Of a DNA stretch of 64,000 nt, positions 10,496 to 21,439 are shown piece by piece; position 1 is the stretch's first letter; the number at the start of each line of letters is the position of its first letter. Source of the stretch: Carpediemonas membranifera BICM (taxonomy: Eukaryota > Protista > Fornicata); assembly GCA_019828565.1 (NCBI GenBank), contig JAHDYR010000007.1:541233-605232 (forward strand), written 5' to 3'. Position numbers and translations under genes: made by a program. The notes under the pieces were generated by a model that saw nothing but the letters and a program-made list of their open reading frames with translations, was not told the origin of the DNA and did no database searches.

Positions 10496-13255
10496 ATGCC
10501 CCGAACACACCGAACAGTGATCCTACGGCCATTGAACAGCGAGGAACGCTACATGCAGCTCGATTCTGTATGGGAACGGCCTTCATCTAGACAAATTCAA
10601 CTTGTTTCGCAGGAAGAGCGCTCACAGGTCTTCTCCTGCGACCAGATCGTGGATAACACCGTCATAAGCCCTCGTGGACGCAGCAAGCGGACCTCGTATG
10701 AGATTTCAGCGCTTGCTAACAGTATTGTAACGTCGGCCATGGCGAGCTCGATTCACGCCGTCATAGCCGTCGGTAGCCTCGGTGGCGGCTCGTCCTACAC
10801 GCTCTGGGGCGACAAGATGCCTGGCCTAGCCGAGGAAGTCGCCAAGAACATCCGGCGGACACGCCCGCAGGCCGAGCTCGCGGCTTCGTTCATCCACGTG
10901 ACTTCGGACGGCGTTCGCGACATCACGACGCACTACGACGACATGGACGCCCGCATGGATCGTGCCCCCACGTCCTATCAGGAGTGCGGTCTTGTTATCA
11001 ATGGCGTATGCCGCTTTCCTATCAGAACTGATTCGGAGCTCCACCATTTGATTGGACTCCGCCTACCCACCTGGTTGACGCACTCGAACAGCATCGTGGT
11101 CTCCTCGGGCGACGAGGCGACCATCCTTGTCCTCTACGTCACGGTCCAGCCCCCCTCGGGCACCTACCAGACCCACACAATCCTATTCGCAGATATCGGC
11201 GATTTATCGAAGGCCGCCACGCCCGCGGACAGGGCTGCAGTCAACCTCCCCGCCGTGGCGGCCATTGCCCGGCTGCTCGACTCCCTGGATGGCACTGAGG
11301 CCGTCGACCCGCTGTTACTCGCCGACCGCGGCTTCCTCCCCGTCCTGCTCAAGCCATTTATATTCGGCAAGGGGTCGAGTCACATAATCACATGTATAGG
11401 CCCCACTGCACGCGACTCAGCCAGTGCCCTGACCGCGCTCGAGCTCATGACGAAGTGGAGCGCCGCGAGCTCGGCCCCCGTGACCATGCCAGTCGCCCAG
11501 TCCGACCCGCCCATGGTTACGTTCGCAGCCCTGCTCCATAAGCAGTACAAGAGGGCGCAGGACGAACTCAAGTCAGTGCGGACGTCGACCTCCTTGGCCG
11601 ACCCCCATCTTTACAAGAAGCAGCTTGAGCTGACCCAGCTGCAGGCCACCATTGACGCGTGCGAGCGTGCCATGACTGTTGCTCGAATGTCGGACAGCTC
11701 CACTGAGCTCCACGCCCTGTTCGCCTGGACCAAGGCCACGCTCTCGGCCGCCCAGCTGCACCGGACTCCGGTCAGGCCGTGTCTCCGCGTGCTCCACCCC
11801 AACCCGAGCGTGTCGTCCGTCTATTACATGCACATCACCAACGCGACGTCCACGGCGCGCAAGATCCTGGTCGGCCGGCCCGAGCACACGACACCCGAGG
11901 GAACGCCCAGAGCGGAGACGACTCGCGCGGAGACGACCCGTAGCCCGGCGACACCCCCAGCGTCAGAAGCTGGCGACGAGGGGCCGACGACGGCGCTGTG
12001 GGGCCGGGACATCAGCTTCAACCACCTCGTCCTCCTCTACTGCAAGGACGACAGCGGCTCCATCTTCCTCGCCGTCTCTCCCGGCGGCAAGGGCGCGGTA
12101 TCCATCAACGGGCTCGCTACAGAGATCCCCCAGGCGACAGAGAACAACGACCGCATCCTGCTTGGCAACGAGCTGGCCTTCGAGGTGCTGCTCACCGCTG
12201 CTGCCAAGCCCCGTGTGGCGTGGGACTTGTGCCTCCTCGAGAAACACGTCGCCTCCATGGTGACGATGTCCGACATCGGGTCCGTCACATACAAGCCGCT
12301 ACACGCGACATTCAACGCCTTTAACCAGTGGTTGGGTGACCCATCATCTGCCGCAAAGACTTATGAGTATCTCCGGTCGATCAGGACCGTCAACCCGGCC
12401 AAGTTCGGGGGTGCCCTCGGTATTATCACGCGATGCACCAACGCATCGGTCCTCGCCGAGTCGGCCAACAAGGTGTGCAACAACACCGTCATTCCCGTGA
12501 TCATCCGCGACCTCAAGCTTGAGGAGGCGAGGGTCGACCCGACCTTCAAGTTCCTGCAGACCACCCCGTTCCACGTGCACCGCGTCGTCTCGGCCGATGA
12601 ACTCCGGATCATGATCACACGCAGGGCGACATATGACCCCGTGCAGTTTATTTCTGATCGGGGTTTGATTGGCATTGCTCGACTCAGCCTGGCTCGACTC
12701 ATGGACACGATCGAGTTTTCCCTCGCCATCAGGCCGCCCTGTACGAAGGCCCGCGATGTGCCTGACAGGCCCCTGGGCCGGCTGAGGGTGGTCTATCGCC
12801 CGACCCAGCCAGAGGGGGTGATCAGACGCACCGTCCGTGACCCCGATGAGGTGAACGACGACGACGACGGGTCAGACGACGGCTTTGACGACCTGCCTGA
12901 GGACGCCGGCCTCCGCTTTGACCTTGTCATTGAGAAGATCAACTGGCCCAGCCCCGTGTGGGGCGACGTGTCTGTCGTCTTTTCCCTCTTCGACGAGCGG
13001 GTACTGGCCACTACCATATGCCCCACGGTCACCACCGTACAGGACTTCAGGGAGCGCTTCTCCTTCAGCGTCCCCTGCATGACCAGCAAGATCAGGGACG
13101 CCATCCAACGCCACACATTCATCATCGAGGTGTGGGGCCGTCATCTGCCGTCGTTGTACCACAGCTTGTCCGGGCTCACCGTCGAGCGGGAGACGCAGCA
13201 GCTCAACATCGAAGCCGTCAACTTCATGGCAAGTCACGCTGGAGTCGATCTGTAG
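10496..13255 (+). CDS. Divergent kinesin-3-like protein (degenerate motor, coiled coil, FHA, C2-like tail)
   Basis: VILRPL, FSCDQI, P-loop remnant GSLGGGSSYTLWG, LLKPFIFGKGSSHIITCIGP; FHA-like ILVGR...ISFNH...SING...DRILLG; C-terminal IIEVWG. Confidence 0.7.
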   Translation: MPRTHRTVILRPLNSEERYMQLDSVWERPSSRQIQLVSQEERSQVFSCDQIVDNTVISPRGRSKRTSYEISALANSIVTSAMASSIHAVIAVGSLGGGSSYTLWGDKMPGLAEEVAKNIRRTRPQAELAASFIHVTSDGVRDITTHYDDMDARMDRAPTSYQECGLVINGVCRFPIRTDSELHHLIGLRLPTWLTHSNSIVVSSGDEATILVLYVTVQPPSGTYQTHTILFADIGDLSKAATPADRAAVNLPAVAAIARLLDSLDGTEAVDPLLLADRGFLPVLLKPFIFGKGSSHIITCIGPTARDSASALTALELMTKWSAASSAPVTMPVAQSDPPMVTFAALLHKQYKRAQDELKSVRTSTSLADPHLYKKQLELTQLQATIDACERAMTVARMSDSSTELHALFAWTKATLSAAQLHRTPVRPCLRVLHPNPSVSSVYYMHITNATSTARKILVGRPEHTTPEGTPRAETTRAETTRSPATPPASEAGDEGPTTALWGRDISFNHLVLLYCKDDSGSIFLAVSPGGKGAVSINGLATEIPQATENNDRILLGNELAFEVLLTAAAKPRVAWDLCLLEKHVASMVTMSDIGSVTYKPLHATFNAFNQWLGDPSSAAKTYEYLRSIRTVNPAKFGGALGIITRCTNASVLAESANKVCNNTVIPVIIRDLKLEEARVDPTFKFLQTTPFHVHRVVSADELRIMITRRATYDPVQFISDRGLIGIARLSLARLMDTIEFSLAIRPPCTKARDVPDRPLGRLRVVYRPTQPEGVIRRTVRDPDEVNDDDDGSDDGFDDLPEDAGLRFDLVIEKINWPSPVWGDVSVVFSLFDERVLATTICPTVTTVQDFRERFSFSVPCMTSKIRDAIQRHTFIIEVWGRHLPSLYHSLSGLTVERETQQLNIEAVNFMASHAGVDL

Positions 13256-13568
13256 ATATGAAACAATATGATATTCATAGGATAAAGCAGCGTTGCTGGG
13301 TTGGGAGACGAGGATGGTGAGGCGAAAGCACGCGACACCTGACCAGTCGGTCCAGAAGTCGGGGGAGTGCCCGAGAGCTGAGCTATTCACGTCAGACACG
13401 GAATAGAAGGATGGTGCTGAGGGACTAGCCAACCAGCAGGGCGGCATCCCGCCCGGCCGGCGTTGGAACAACAAGCGAGAGAAAAACAAGCGTTGGGACA
13501 TCATTGACTCACCCCAGCTACCATCAGAAGAACACATCCAGGAACGCCCCAGCATCTTTACGATACCT

Positions 13569-14831
13569 TTACAGCACATCGTCCCGTCCAAGGCAGTTCT
13601 CCGTCTGCATCAACACCGTCTCTACGCTGCCGATCGAGTCAGCCACCCGCTTGAACATCGGCGCGTACACGGCCTCCAGCTTCTCGATGTACTTGACGCG
13701 GTCGCTCTTCTCGAGCAGACTGAGGTCCTCAAAGTTCTCGGCATACAGCAGCTTACGGACCGCCAGGTTCCACTCCTTGCGGTTCTTGTCTGTATCCAAG
13801 TACGCCCAGCAGCAGATCAGCACGCGGGACAGCTCGAACGGCTCGATCTTGAGCTTCCAGGCGAGGGAGTCGACCCGCTCCTTGAGGTAGAGGGCCCGCA
13901 CGTCGTCCAGCCGGGAGATCGTCTCCGTCTCCAGGAGAATGATCACATCGGCGAGGAGGCGGACCGCCTGCAGACTCTCGGCCGGCTCGTTGAAGGTATA
14001 GAGTCCAACGGGGAGTTTCAGGTGGCTCCCAACCTGTCTGCAGCTCACCACCATCCGGGTGGCCAGCCCCATGCGTCTGTACGGCGGCAGCACGAGCAGC
14101 TGGCACAGCTTAAGGGCCCGGGTCGAGGGGTGGCAGTAGTCTTCCCACAAACACGAGTACGCCGCCAGCACGGGGCCGGTGGGGCGTCTCTCGAAGAGGA
14201 AGAGGAGATTCCAGTACTCCACGGCGTCTATGGGGTTGCCGCCGTCGATGAACATCTTGACTAGGATGTCAAGGCGACGGACAAGCTTGGCTGCGCGGTC
14301 GTCGGCGAAGCGGGCGTGGTAGAGCTCGAAGGACCTACCCTGCACCTTAAAACGCGTCACCAGCTTGCCGGGAGGTGTGTATGTCTTGTCGCTTGCAACA
14401 GCGGCGGTCCAGGCCTCCATGGACTCGGCCTTGTCGGTCAGGGAGGGCTCGACAGCCTCTTTGGGGTCCGTGCGGAGGGCGTCGGACAGATCCACGTCCA
14501 TCGTATCCTCCTTGGCGCGTTTGCTGAATATGGTGGCGAGGAAGCGGCGGGCCCCCTTCCGCTCGGGCGTCGTTGTGGTGACAGTCATTTGCGCCAATCC
14601 TTCATGGTTGAATGTGTAGTATGGAACGAGAGAAGCAGGCGAGAAGAACATCTTGATATGTGGGTTCTTGTAACCGATGATGCGCTCGTTGACGAAGAGC
14701 TGGTGTGTGAGTTCAGGATGAATGGGTCCGCCGATGCGGCCAGGAGCCTTGTTGTCGTCGTCGTACTGGGCCATGTGAAGTGTAATGGCTTCAGTACTAT
14801 CAGCTGATGCTTCGCGAAGCTGTTCTTCCAT
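13569..14831 (-). CDS. HAT1: Histone acetyltransferase type B catalytic subunit
   Basis: HPELTHQLFVNERIIGYKNP, MFIDGGNPID and QLLVLPPYRRMGLA (GNAT motif A). Probable ATG at 14831. Confidence 0.85.
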   Translation of the reverse strand: MEEQLREASADSTEAITLHMAQYDDDNKAPGRIGGPIHPELTHQLFVNERIIGYKNPHIKMFFSPASLVPYYTFNHEGLAQMTVTTTTPERKGARRFLATIFSKRAKEDTMDVDLSDALRTDPKEAVEPSLTDKAESMEAWTAAVASDKTYTPPGKLVTRFKVQGRSFELYHARFADDRAAKLVRRLDILVKMFIDGGNPIDAVEYWNLLFLFERRPTGPVLAAYSCLWEDYCHPSTRALKLCQLLVLPPYRRMGLATRMVVSCRQVGSHLKLPVGLYTFNEPAESLQAVRLLADVIILLETETISRLDDVRALYLKERVDSLAWKLKIEPFELSRVLICCWAYLDTDKNRKEWNLAVRKLLYAENFEDLSLLEKSDRVKYIEKLEAVYAPMFKRVADSIGSVETVLMQTENCLGRDDVL

Positions 14832-15141
14832 TGGTGCGTCTGTTTGGGTTTCAGACGCCAAGTGCGCGATAAGGCGCACTTTTGCCCGAGCACGATTGAG
14901 GACAATCAGCCCCGGGAATGGGTCATAGTCTGCATGTTATAGTGATATAGTCATCGTATGCCGTTGATCAGGTCATAATCTCCAAGTATTTTGATTGGAT
15001 CCATCGGGGGCGAACCAACCCCCCAGAAAACCGCCGCATACTTCTCCAACTAATGGGCGTTGGTCGCGCCACCTTTTTCTTAACTGTCGATATAGATTCG
15101 ATATCGATCTGTTGATTCCATCCAATTTTTAAACTTTTCAC

Positions 15142-18100
15142 TTGGAACGTGGGACGCCAAACAAGTCTTTTGTCCGCTCGCATCGAAGAATGGGCAAGGA
15201 AACAGTTCGAAGCGCATCCGTAGCGGATAGTCGCGCATCTACATCTCGTAGAATTGGCTTCCTCAGTCCTCTGAAGCTAACATCCATACAGGAGCGCATC
15301 CCAGCCATATGTGGCTCCATACGCCTCAGTACTGGCGACTATACTCCTCTACTAGTGCTTTCCATTCTTATTCAGGCGTTCCAGCTGTCCAGTCTCGCCG
15401 TTGCTTTCAACGACAGCATTTTCTTCACGATTACCCGCGTTCTCCTCCCCTCCATCTTCGGTCTCTTCGCCGATAACACCGCGGCACAGGTTATTGTTGT
15501 CGTCGCTGCCATCTGCGTGCTCGGCCTCATGGTGTGGCTCGCATGCGAGGCCGTAGTCGTAAGAACCATCCGCCAGGGCCTGCACTACCGCCTCCTGGCG
15601 TACGCCATGCTCCTCGTGTCCAGCGTGTTACTTGTGCCCCTCATCCAGGCTCTCTCGCTGCCTCTTTTCATCGCACAAGACGATGGCACCAACGACGACG
15701 TCTCTGGCATCCTCTCCGCCGTAGACGCACTCTCCGTGACACACCTGGCCTACTTCGCCGCATCAACCGCCGCGCTGGTCATTCTAGCGGCCATGGCGAT
15801 GGTCTCGAGCATCGTCTTCTTCAGCGGCCCTTATTCGGACAGCTCCATCCTGACTGTGCTCGTCCCCTCCGCCGCCGTGTTCGTCCAGCCCGCCCTCACT
15901 GTCATACTCGGTGTGGTAGCCGCAACCCGCTGCTTCGGGCTCGACTCCCTCAACCTGTACGCCTCAGCGGGGTCGGTCTCCATCGTCGCAGCCGTGTTCG
16001 CGGCGTACGCGTACGTCTGCCCCATCCACGCCCACCCCTCGATGTATCTGCTCAACGTCGGCTCGTACCTCAACGTCGCGGTCGTCTCCCTCGCCACGGT
16101 CTACCACCCCGGGATGTTCTGGCTCAGTCCAGCTGTTACCCTCATGCTCGTCGTAGTCCTCGGCGGCCTCAGGTACGCCTTCATTTACATCCGACTCAAC
16201 CCCGCGCTGAAGACGGCCCGGGACCCTCTGGCGAGTGCCGTAGACATGGACGAGTTCGGCCTCGACGCTGACCCCAGACTCCCCCGGATCAGCCGGACCA
16301 GCTTCACCCAGTTCGTGTGGCTCGTGGTGATCCGGTACCAGCTGTTCAACGCCCAGCTGCGGCGCCAGTCCGACAGGCGGGAGATGCTGGCCGCCGCGAT
16401 GCAGCAGGACGACCTGGCATCCCGTCAGCGGGAGATGATCGGCCGTCTCCAGTCTCTGGTGTCGTTCGCCTGTGCGGAGAAGTACACGAGCGGCCGTGCA
16501 CGGCTCACGGTCGTCCAGTACTCTCTCACTGTCGCGGCAAACTACGAGGCGGCCATCTTCGAGGCTGCCCGCGTCCCGGCGATGGTCGAGCGGGACATCA
16601 TCAAGCACCTTGGTATCTCCACGATCATGATGCTGGTCGGGCTCCACACGGACGCTGATAGGATCAGACGCAAGCAGGACAGTGGCCTCAACGCAGAGGC
16701 CCTGGCAGACTTGAACCACAAGCAGAAGAAGGCCAAGGAGGAGTCCGTCAACGCACGCCGCGCCATCAACTCCTTCTGGCGTGCCCTCGACCAGGGCAAG
16801 CCCGACGTCAACGAGCTGCTCGCCATCTCGCAGGAGATCCACAAGCACAGCACTAGCGCGGACAAGCTCTACATCCAACTCATCAAGGCCTTCCCCGAGC
16901 GAGATAACATCATCCGGGCCTACGCCCAGTTCGTCACCGTCGTCCAGCAGGACCCCGAGTACGGCGCCCAAATAGATCTCTGCGCCGAGGAGATCGCCAA
17001 CCAGCGCCTGATGAGCGACGTCTCCTCCTCGGCCTCGTCCTCCAGGTCCGGTTCGCAAGTTAGCGCCGGCACACGGACGTACGAGAACGACATCCTGACC
17101 GTCCTCCGCACCCACACGAGCACCGCGACGTCCAGCTCCGTGGCCAACCTCAGAAAGGCTGTGCTCGCGCTCATCGCCATCATCACGGCCATCTTCGTGA
17201 TCGTGGGGACCGTGTTCCAGGTCAGGATGTTCGTCATGTCCGCCCTGGTCGACGCACTCTCCGCGTCGGGCACCATGAGCTACAGCACGAGCCAGGCGAC
17301 GTTCCTTGCGCTGCTGTCGTACCTGGAGCAGACCCACCCCGGCAAGTTCACACGGGGCGTGCTGGAGTCCGAAGGCATCATCAAGTCCCAGCTCGAGCTC
17401 TCCATCGACGAGCTGGTGGACTCCTCGCACTCGCTGGACGACGCGGTCTCTTCCATCGTCACGTCGACCCTGTTCCCAGACATCTTCTCACACGCGAGGG
17501 AGCCCTCCTTCCTGGCCCGGTACTACCTCGACACAACCCCCGCTACGACGGAGAGCGTCGACGTCTCCATCGTCAGCATGGTCGCGTCCCTCGGCGTGGC
17601 GTTCAGACGTATCGTCGATGAGGCGGAGCTGGACGTCGACGTGGCCTTCATCCAGACTAACGGCCTTGAGTCGCTAAGAAACGGCATAGACATCCTCCAG
17701 GAGAAGATCGTCGAGTCGACCGAGACGGCGGAGTACATCGGCGCGGCCGTGGACATCGTTGCCGTCCTCTTAGTCGTTGGCGTCCTCTTTGGGCTGCAGT
17801 TCTTCCTGCTCCGCCGCGCGTTCAACAATGTGACGCTGCACCAGGCAGAGAACATCAACGTCTTCCTCCACATCGATAGGGCCATCGTCCAGGATATGAT
17901 CAAGACGACAAACGTCGCCAAGAAGGAGAGAAGGAAGAAGCGCAAGTCCGCCAACACCAAGCGCGCCATCACGTTCGAGCCTCGCATCGAGGCGGACGAT
18001 GACGAGGAAGACGACGCGCGCCAGTCGGATCAGGATGACAACGACGTGAACCTGCAGAGCATTCACTCGATCCACGAGGACGACAACGAGGAGGGGCCAG

Positions 18101-20931
18101 TGAGCGACACCGAGGGCGACGACGCCTTCAAGGAGGGTGAGATCGAGGATGTCAACGTCATCAACGACTCCTTCGAGCAGCTCGAGCTTGGCGAGTCGCC
18201 TCGTAGACTACGTCACGGTCGGGAGCCATCTGAGCCGAACATCCGAGACCTCCTTCGCAAGGGGGCCCGCGGCAACGTCCCGGATATGAACATTGCCCCG
18301 CTCGACGACTCGTTCAGCGCATCGGCCTCGGACGCCGGAGGGCAGTCGGAGACGGTCTCCGAGAGCGACTCGGGCTTCGACCTCGAGGAGGCGGAGTACC
18401 GGCTCGAGCGGACCAAGCGGGCCCACGCCAGGTACCTGTCGATGGCGAGGGCCATATTCTGGTCGGCGGTGACGATGCTCGGGGCGACAGTCGTGATCGT
18501 CACAGCCACGGCGCTGACGGTGGCCTTCGACTTCTTCGTGATCCCCACGCTTCGCAGCTCCTTTTCATCCGTTGGCGAGGTCGAGGAAATCATCGTCGCC
18601 CTCGTGGACGAGTGCAATATGAAGGCGTTCAAGGCCATCGAGTTCCTCCAGCTCGGGGGCATCGCGCCCTTCGACTACTACTGGCGCATGGCCGACACCA
18701 GGGCCGTCGAGCACTGCATAGAGGCCCTAGCCGAGTTCGACCTCAGCGAGGAGATCTCGAACCGTCTGGGGGCCGTGTGGGACAGCATGGACCTGGCCTC
18801 GTACCGCGAGAAGGTCGAGCTTGCCATGGTCTGGGCGAACACGTCGTTCAACGACGCCGTCGGGTGCCAGATCCGGGACTTCTCGTACAACTACAGCGAC
18901 GAGACGTGGGTCGAGGCCGAGCAGGCACAGTTCGGCGACGAGCGGGCCTCATACGGCTTCTACACAGACCTGGCCGCTGACTCGGTCGATACGGCTGCGA
19001 TCATCGAGCTCGCCCGAGGCGTGGCGACCGACACGATGTACTGGGACACCCATGACGGCATCATCGACGAGCTCAAGGCCGTGCAAGCCGACTTGGCGAC
19101 CTCGATCGAGAGCGACGGCGACTCGGCCAAATACATCATCGACCTCGCCATCGGCGCCCGGTTCGTCGGCATCGCGTTGGCAGTTTTACTCGGCAGTCTG
19201 ACCGCACTGTGCACGAGCGCCATGATTGTGATGAAGATCCGTCTCAAGGCGCTGGCTGACCAGATCGACAACATCCGCCACATTGTCATCGGCGACGATA
19301 GCTCGCCCATGCGCACCCTCCGTCTCTCGGTCCTCGCGGCGCACGGCCTCACAGTTGGATCGTGTATCGCGTTCGGGTTCGTCGCGCTCACCGTCACCGG
19401 GTATGCCGGCTACCTCTACTTCACCGAGGTCGACGGCATGTCCGCGGCCCTCAGCGACAGGATTGACACCGCGACCGAGCTGTTCGACTTCAAGGACGCA
19501 GTGAACGTCTTCATGCACACCATGATCGAGTACACGCAGAGGCCTGACCCCGGCTACCTCACCACACTCGAGACGGCGTACGAGTCCTTGCCCGAGGCCG
19601 TGCTGGCCCTAGACGAGGCCATGTCGTCATACGACGTCAGCGAGGAGACTGTCACCGGTCTCAGGGGCACTGTCGAGACGCTCAACCACACCCTCCTCAT
19701 CGCTGCGACCCTCGCCATCTGGGCAAACGACGTCCCCGCCACCGTCGCCGCGCCCCTGCACGACCTCGAGTACGACATCACGACGGAGACCGGCTTCGAG
19801 TACGACCGCATGCACTACACAAGGGAGCACTGCTACACCGACACCGCGCACGACAAGGCGCTGGATGCGGACGAGCAGCTGACCATCGCGAGGGAGATCC
19901 TTTTTGATGAGAAGTTTAGCGAACTCGTCGTTGAGTTTAAGGCTTATTTAGCGGAATACCAGACCGAAGTCACGGCCATCATCGATGAGCGCATCGACGC
20001 GCACGAGGCGCGGGAGATGATCCTCCTCGGCATCACAGCGGCGCTCTTGGCCCTTCTTCTGGTCTTCTTGGCGCTCATCGGCGTGCTCCTCATGGCCCTC
20101 GCACCGACTAAGGCCCGCAAACTCTCAGTGATCAAGCAACGGGTCACCGCCCGAGCCACACAGCGCTTCTACCGCATCGCGGCGACGACAGTGGCGCTGA
20201 TCGGGTGCATCTTCGTCGGGCTCACTGCGTACTCGGAGCTGTGGATTCTTGTCGGGTCGAACATTGACGTCCTCAACACGGCAGCGGCGAGGTCAGTCCG
20301 CCTCATCGACGCCGTGGCCGAGGCGATGTTCACGGCCACGACGCAGCAGAGGTCGACTGAGCACTACAACGCGGCCGTGGGCAACCTCGACGTGATGGTC
20401 TCGACCCACGAGAGTCTGACGGGCGAGACGTCGCTCTTCCTCTCGGCGATGGGCTTCTTCCAGAGTTCTGCCAGCGACCTGTCCAACTCGGTCTCGTGCA
20501 CCTCATGCGCCATGCTCACGTCCCAGTCGTACGAGCAGGCGCTGACGATGCTCCAAGCAGCCGTGCCCGAGCTCAACCCGGCCCTGGGCAAGGGGACGTG
20601 TCTGGCGCGGGACGGCACCGGCAGCATCGCCCTGATCACCGCCCTCGAGGTGGTGCAGCAACTCGCACCAGTTTTCCACGAGACGTTCGACGACTACTGC
20701 GGCATTATTAGCACCGTGCTGCTCGCGTACCGTCTCATCAACGTGCCTCTTTACCTGTTTGCCATCGGGTTCCTCCTACTTTCGTATAGACTTGTGTTCC
20801 GACGCATTTTCATCGCGCTCAGCCGCGACGAGAGCATCGTGCTGAGTCTGCTTGTAATGATCCCGAAGGAACACGTCGCGAACAACGCGATGCTGGCCAC
20901 ATTTATCGCAGAACACGCCATCGATAACTAA
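15142..20931 (+). CDS. Giant polytopic membrane protein, TmcB/TmcC-like
   Basis: ~1900 aa; N-terminal multi-TM block; TmcB-type helical segment FWRALD...LYIQLIKAFPERDNIIRAYAQFV; repeated TM-loop-TM modules ending FLHID / LVMIP. Start may be ATG 15189. Confidence 0.72.
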   Translation: MERGTPNKSFVRSHRRMGKETVRSASVADSRASTSRRIGFLSPLKLTSIQERIPAICGSIRLSTGDYTPLLVLSILIQAFQLSSLAVAFNDSIFFTITRVLLPSIFGLFADNTAAQVIVVVAAICVLGLMVWLACEAVVVRTIRQGLHYRLLAYAMLLVSSVLLVPLIQALSLPLFIAQDDGTNDDVSGILSAVDALSVTHLAYFAASTAALVILAAMAMVSSIVFFSGPYSDSSILTVLVPSAAVFVQPALTVILGVVAATRCFGLDSLNLYASAGSVSIVAAVFAAYAYVCPIHAHPSMYLLNVGSYLNVAVVSLATVYHPGMFWLSPAVTLMLVVVLGGLRYAFIYIRLNPALKTARDPLASAVDMDEFGLDADPRLPRISRTSFTQFVWLVVIRYQLFNAQLRRQSDRREMLAAAMQQDDLASRQREMIGRLQSLVSFACAEKYTSGRARLTVVQYSLTVAANYEAAIFEAARVPAMVERDIIKHLGISTIMMLVGLHTDADRIRRKQDSGLNAEALADLNHKQKKAKEESVNARRAINSFWRALDQGKPDVNELLAISQEIHKHSTSADKLYIQLIKAFPERDNIIRAYAQFVTVVQQDPEYGAQIDLCAEEIANQRLMSDVSSSASSSRSGSQVSAGTRTYENDILTVLRTHTSTATSSSVANLRKAVLALIAIITAIFVIVGTVFQVRMFVMSALVDALSASGTMSYSTSQATFLALLSYLEQTHPGKFTRGVLESEGIIKSQLELSIDELVDSSHSLDDAVSSIVTSTLFPDIFSHAREPSFLARYYLDTTPATTESVDVSIVSMVASLGVAFRRIVDEAELDVDVAFIQTNGLESLRNGIDILQEKIVESTETAEYIGAAVDIVAVLLVVGVLFGLQFFLLRRAFNNVTLHQAENINVFLHIDRAIVQDMIKTTNVAKKERRKKRKSANTKRAITFEPRIEADDDEEDDARQSDQDDNDVNLQSIHSIHEDDNEEGPVSDTEGDDAFKEGEIEDVNVINDSFEQLELGESPRRLRHGREPSEPNIRDLLRKGARGNVPDMNIAPLDDSFSASASDAGGQSETVSESDSGFDLEEAEYRLERTKRAHARYLSMARAIFWSAVTMLGATVVIVTATALTVAFDFFVIPTLRSSFSSVGEVEEIIVALVDECNMKAFKAIEFLQLGGIAPFDYYWRMADTRAVEHCIEALAEFDLSEEISNRLGAVWDSMDLASYREKVELAMVWANTSFNDAVGCQIRDFSYNYSDETWVEAEQAQFGDERASYGFYTDLAADSVDTAAIIELARGVATDTMYWDTHDGIIDELKAVQADLATSIESDGDSAKYIIDLAIGARFVGIALAVLLGSLTALCTSAMIVMKIRLKALADQIDNIRHIVIGDDSSPMRTLRLSVLAAHGLTVGSCIAFGFVALTVTGYAGYLYFTEVDGMSAALSDRIDTATELFDFKDAVNVFMHTMIEYTQRPDPGYLTTLETAYESLPEAVLALDEAMSSYDVSEETVTGLRGTVETLNHTLLIAATLAIWANDVPATVAAPLHDLEYDITTETGFEYDRMHYTREHCYTDTAHDKALDADEQLTIAREILFDEKFSELVVEFKAYLAEYQTEVTAIIDERIDAHEAREMILLGITAALLALLLVFLALIGVLLMALAPTKARKLSVIKQRVTARATQRFYRIAATTVALIGCIFVGLTAYSELWILVGSNIDVLNTAAARSVRLIDAVAEAMFTATTQQRSTEHYNAAVGNLDVMVSTHESLTGETSLFLSAMGFFQSSASDLSNSVSCTSCAMLTSQSYEQALTMLQAAVPELNPALGKGTCLARDGTGSIALITALEVVQQLAPVFHETFDDYCGIISTVLLAYRLINVPLYLFAIGFLLLSYRLVFRRIFIALSRDESIVLSLLVMIPKEHVANNAMLATFIAEHAIDN

Positions 20932-21202
20932 TGTACTCATAAATTTCTGATGTTTCAGTCACTGTTAACCGGCTGCGCGTCTGTCAAATGCGAACTGTAC
21001 TCAGGAAACGCGCGGGGGCCTTACCATCCCAGTTGTCTCGGTGTGGTCGGGGAACACACGCTGATGAAGGGGCAACTGGCACCGATGGCTCGGGCGGGAG
21101 CCTTCTCCTTCATAACTGTGGCCGCGCCACGGTAGTACTAACAGCAGTAGTCCGCTTGCGAGCCACGTCTCGCTCCGGGAAAGGCAATGAAGTGATCCGA
21201 CT

Positions 21203-21439
21203 TTAATGCTTGCAAATACGGTCAGGGTTTGTGTTGAACTTCTCGCCGACAGATGAGAACTTGCCTCTGGCCTCAAGGAAGTCTATAAGCTGCGATGCGG
21301 TCATGTTCTCCGCGGAACAGGTGTGAAAGCGAGCGTCAGCGCCGAAACGGGCGTTAATTGCGACCTGGAGGGTCTCTCTGGTGAACCCAGCGGGGTTCTC
21401 AAGCATCATATGCATTACTTCGTGTCCGTGAATACTCAT
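21203..21439 (-). CDS. yecH: YecH-family (DUF2492) putative metal-binding protein, bacterial type
   Basis: MSIHGHEVM...RFGADARFHTCSAENMTASQLIDFLEARGKF...ICKH matches the YecH motif pattern over its full length. Confidence 0.88.
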   Translation of the reverse strand: MSIHGHEVMHMMLENPAGFTRETLQVAINARFGADARFHTCSAENMTASQLIDFLEARGKFSSVGEKFNTNPDRICKH

